From an uncultured Candidatus Saccharibacteria bacterium (lineage in GTDB: Bacteria; Patescibacteriota; Minisyncoccia; Phycocordibacterales; Phycocordibacteraceae), in NCBI GenBank assembly GCA_964359685.1, contig CAYHUW010000006.1, positions 1 to 20,805 on the forward strand: DNA of 20,805 nucleotides, given 5' to 3'. Under the pieces are notes generated by a model. That model saw only the letters and a program-made list of their open reading frames with translations. It had not been told where the DNA came from and did not search any database. This document shows, piece by piece, positions 18,730 through 20,805 of the stretch (positions are counted from its first letter, which is position 1; each line of letters starts with the position of its first letter). Both the position numbers and the translations under genes were made by a program.

Positions 18730-19482
18730 ATGAAGCCTGAAATTATTTTTGAAAATGATGATGTGCTGGTTATCAACAAACCCGCGGGGCTCATTGTGCA
18801 TTCTGACGGCCGGACAAAAGAGTACTCCGTTGCCGAATGGGTTTTGGAGAACTACCCGCAGATGAAAGAGGTCGGTGAGCCGTGGATGTCTCCGCAGGGA
18901 GAGACCGTCCCGCGTCCGGGCATTGTGCATCGCCTGGACCGCACGACATCAGGCGTCATGATACTCGCGAAAACAAAGGACGCGCATGCGTTTCTGAAAC
19001 AGCAGTTTCAGGACCGGACGACCGAAAAAGAATACCTCGCGTACGTGTACGGACATCCGAAAAGCGATTCAGGAGTTATAGAAAAAGAAATCGTGCGCAT
19101 AAAAAGTATTCCTCCGCGGTGGGGGGTCGCGCGCGCCGGAGAAGATGTGAAAAAACGGGTTGCCGTAACCGAGTGGAAGATGATTCAACGCGGATATGAT
19201 TCCGGAATGAACGAGCCGGTTGCGCTTCTTTCTCTCTCGCCGAAAACGGGCAGAACCCACCAGATACGCGTGCACCTGAAGGCGATTGGTTATCCGATAA
19301 TCGGCGACCACTTGTACGCGGCCGGGAAGCCGCCGCTTCTCGGCTTTGTCCGCCCTGCGCTCCATGCCGCGCGGCTTTCAATCGCGCTCCCGAACGGAGG
19401 AAAAAAGACGTTTGAGGCCCCGCTCCCGCAGGATATGGCCCAGGCAACGGCTCAGATAAAGGAGTTTGCGGAAAACGCCTAG
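18730..19482 (+). CDS. RluA/RluD-family 23S rRNA pseudouridine synthase (no N-terminal S4 domain)
   Basis: 250 aa. Contains VLVINKPAGLIVH, the catalytic motif HRLDRTTSGVMILAKT, and GRTHQIRVHL. Confidence 0.85.
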   Translation: MKPEIIFENDDVLVINKPAGLIVHSDGRTKEYSVAEWVLENYPQMKEVGEPWMSPQGETVPRPGIVHRLDRTTSGVMILAKTKDAHAFLKQQFQDRTTEKEYLAYVYGHPKSDSGVIEKEIVRIKSIPPRWGVARAGEDVKKRVAVTEWKMIQRGYDSGMNEPVALLSLSPKTGRTHQIRVHLKAIGYPIIGDHLYAAGKPPLLGFVRPALHAARLSIALPNGGKKTFEAPLPQDMAQATAQIKEFAENA

Positions 19483-19502
19483 GCGTGCTATTTTTCTCCT
19501 TC

Positions 19503-20063
19503 ATGAACGTATTGGCGCCGAAGAAATCGACCTCACCGGTCAATGTGGACGAGAGAAAAGGCCTCCCGATTAAGGCGGGGGATATCGTTCGCGTACACCA
19601 GAAAATCAAGGAAAAGGGGAAAGTCCGTATCCAGATTTTTGAGGGGTTGGTATTGGCCCGAAAGCACGGTACCGAAGCGGGGGCGACGTTTACCGTCCGC
19701 GCCACTCTCTCCGGCGTCGGAGTTGAAAAAATATTCCCGCTCTACTCTCCGTCAATAGATAAAATTGAAATCGTTCGCCGCTCGCAGATGCGCCGCGCGA
19801 AGCTGTACTACGTCCGCGATCAGGTTGCCCGCGAGATGCGCAGAAGCCTCCGCAATATGATAAATGTTGCGATTGCGACGAAGTCGGAGCGCGAAGAGGC
19901 CGACCGCGCAGTAGCTGAAGCAGAGGCATTGAAAGCCGAACAGGAGGCAAAAGCGAAAGCAGATGCCGAGAAGGCGGCAGCCGAAGCGGCGGCGAAAGCT
20001 GAAAAAGAAAAAGCAGAAGCCCCGGCAGTTGAAACGGCCGAAACAGAAACCCCGAAAGAGTAA
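19503..20063 (+). CDS. rplS: 50S ribosomal protein L19 with a long Ala/Glu/Lys-rich C-terminal extension
   Basis: 186 aa from the ATG at 19503. The L19 core includes GDIVRVHQKIKEKGKVRIQIFEGLVLARKH...FTVR...GVGVEKIFPLYSP.IDKIEIVRR...RRAKLYY.R. A tail of roughly 70 aa follows: ...EADRAVAEAEALKAEQEAKAKADAEKAAAEAAAKAEKEKAEAP... Confidence 0.85.
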   Translation: MNVLAPKKSTSPVNVDERKGLPIKAGDIVRVHQKIKEKGKVRIQIFEGLVLARKHGTEAGATFTVRATLSGVGVEKIFPLYSPSIDKIEIVRRSQMRRAKLYYVRDQVAREMRRSLRNMINVAIATKSEREEADRAVAEAEALKAEQEAKAKADAEKAAAEAAAKAEKEKAEAPAVETAETETPKE

Positions 20064-20133
20064 GTAAAAACCGACCAGCACTTTAATCCTCACGAAAGTG
20101 GGGATGTTTTTTATATTTTCTACATAGACGCTA

Positions 20134-20139
20134 TATACT
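20134..20139 (+). promoter_or_regulatory. -10-like TATACT 6 nt upstream of the LAGLIDADG gene ATG (20146)
   Basis: The sequence reads gcTATATACTtgaggtATG. The 6-nt gap, tgaggt, could alternatively be a very close SD-like GAGG. Confidence 0.4.
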
Positions 20140-20145
20140 TGAGGT

Positions 20146-20805
20146 ATGAAGAGAGGGGCTGTCGCAAAGGGGCAAGTGCACATTAAATGGTCTGCCGATT
20201 TCGCTTATGCGATAGGTCTTCTCGCGAGCGACGGTTTTCTTTCGCAAAACGGGCAGTACATTTCTCTGGTTTCAAAAGATAAAGAACAAATCATCAATTT
20301 TATGCAGGCTCTTAAAATAAGTAACCTCAAAATAGGAAAAAATATATCAGGGAGCGGGCTCAGTCTTTCGTATAGAGTTCAATTCGGTGACGTGTTATTC
20401 CATACATGGCTGCGCACTGTAGGTATAACTCCGAAGAAATCAAAGACAATATCTACAGTTGCGGTTCCCGAAAAGTTTTTCTTTGATTTTTTGCGCGGAG
20501 TTTTTGACGGTGACGGTTCTTTTTATTCGTATTACGACAAGCGCTGGAAGTCCAGTTTTATGTTCTATATGGCTTTTGCTTCCGGGAGCAAACAGTTCAC
20601 TGACTGGCTACGAGGAAGTTTACAGAAGAAACTCGGGGTATATGGGCACGTTACTAAGGACAAAAAGAAGTCGGTGTACCAACTAAAGTATGCTAAACAG
20701 GAGGCTTTAAAAATAGTCAAAAAAGTGTATTATTCCGAGGACGTTCGCTGTTTGAAACGCAAACGAATTAAGATTTCCAATGCGATTAGGCAATCGAACA
20801 ATGCG
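20146..20805 (+). CDS. Free-standing double-motif LAGLIDADG homing endonuclease. First 220 codons only; the gene runs off the right edge.
   Basis: Absent from the ORF track because it has no stop in the window. My translation reads MKRGAVAKGQVHIKWSADFAYAIGLLASDGFLSQNG... (motif 1: YAIGLLASDG) ...PEKFFFDFLRGVFDGDGSFYSY (motif 2: FLRGVFDGDGS)...KSVYQLKYAKQEALKIVKKVYY. The frame is open to 20805. Confidence 0.8.
   Translation, partial: MKRGAVAKGQVHIKWSADFAYAIGLLASDGFLSQNGQYISLVSKDKEQIINFMQALKISNLKIGKNISGSGLSLSYRVQFGDVLFHTWLRTVGITPKKSKTISTVAVPEKFFFDFLRGVFDGDGSFYSYYDKRWKSSFMFYMAFASGSKQFTDWLRGSLQKKLGVYGHVTKDKKKSVYQLKYAKQEALKIVKKVYYSEDVRCLKRKRIKISNAIRQSNNA

Noticed and set aside
19485-19502. The GTG start at 19485 for rplS (adds MLFFSF) and the ATG at 964 for tsaE (adds 15 aa).
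   Set aside because: The extensions are not part of the conserved proteins. The 964 start would overlap the divergent pilB start codon region, and 1009 has the recurrent -10/N6 geometry. For rplS, the choice of the ATG at 19503 is only weakly supported.
1-20805. CRISPR arrays, prophage, IS or transposase genes, toxin-antitoxin pairs, known defence systems, and alternative genetic code (UGA recoding as in some CPR lineages).
   Set aside because: - There are no regularly spaced direct repeats.
- No integrase, transposase or phage structural motifs appear in any frame I translated.
- There are no small adjacent gene pairs of TA type.
- TGA terminates conserved genes at the expected length (SpoU methyltransferase, pilN, pilO, acyP), so the standard code applies.

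Overview
This window looks like a chromosomal, mostly housekeeping segment of a small-genome bacterium. I call 28 protein genes and 5 tRNAs, none encoding CCA. There is no rRNA, CRISPR array, transposase, integrase or recognisable defence or toxin module. The standard genetic code applies, since TGA, TAA and TAG all terminate well-conserved genes. Several features make me suspect a Candidate Phyla Radiation / Patescibacteria-type organism, which is inference only: pilB plus pilM-N-O, a short HolA-like protein, a Pol I without a proofreading domain, an L19 with a long tail, a lamin-tail-like surface protein and a small 2-TM WxAxE protein. I cannot point to a clear multi-gene novel system. The less ordinary signals, in rough order of interest, are listed below.
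1. A roughly 135-150 nt non-coding module occurs three times, each copy abutting the 3' end of a tRNA. It has conserved sequence blocks, sequence-variable but position-conserved hairpins, and no conserved reading frame.
2. Two tRNA genes carry recombination-scar-like partial duplications.
3. A -10-like hexamer sits exactly 6 nt upstream of the start codon at nine genes, which predicts pervasive leaderless mRNAs.
4. tRNA-Ser ends 2 nt before the start codon of a PdxJ-PdxH fusion gene.
5. An AOX/PTOX-type di-iron quinol oxidase homolog sits in this minimal-metabolism context.
6. A free-standing, A/T-richer double-motif LAGLIDADG endonuclease gene runs off the right edge.
All calls come from reading and translating the sequence by eye; no searches were run.
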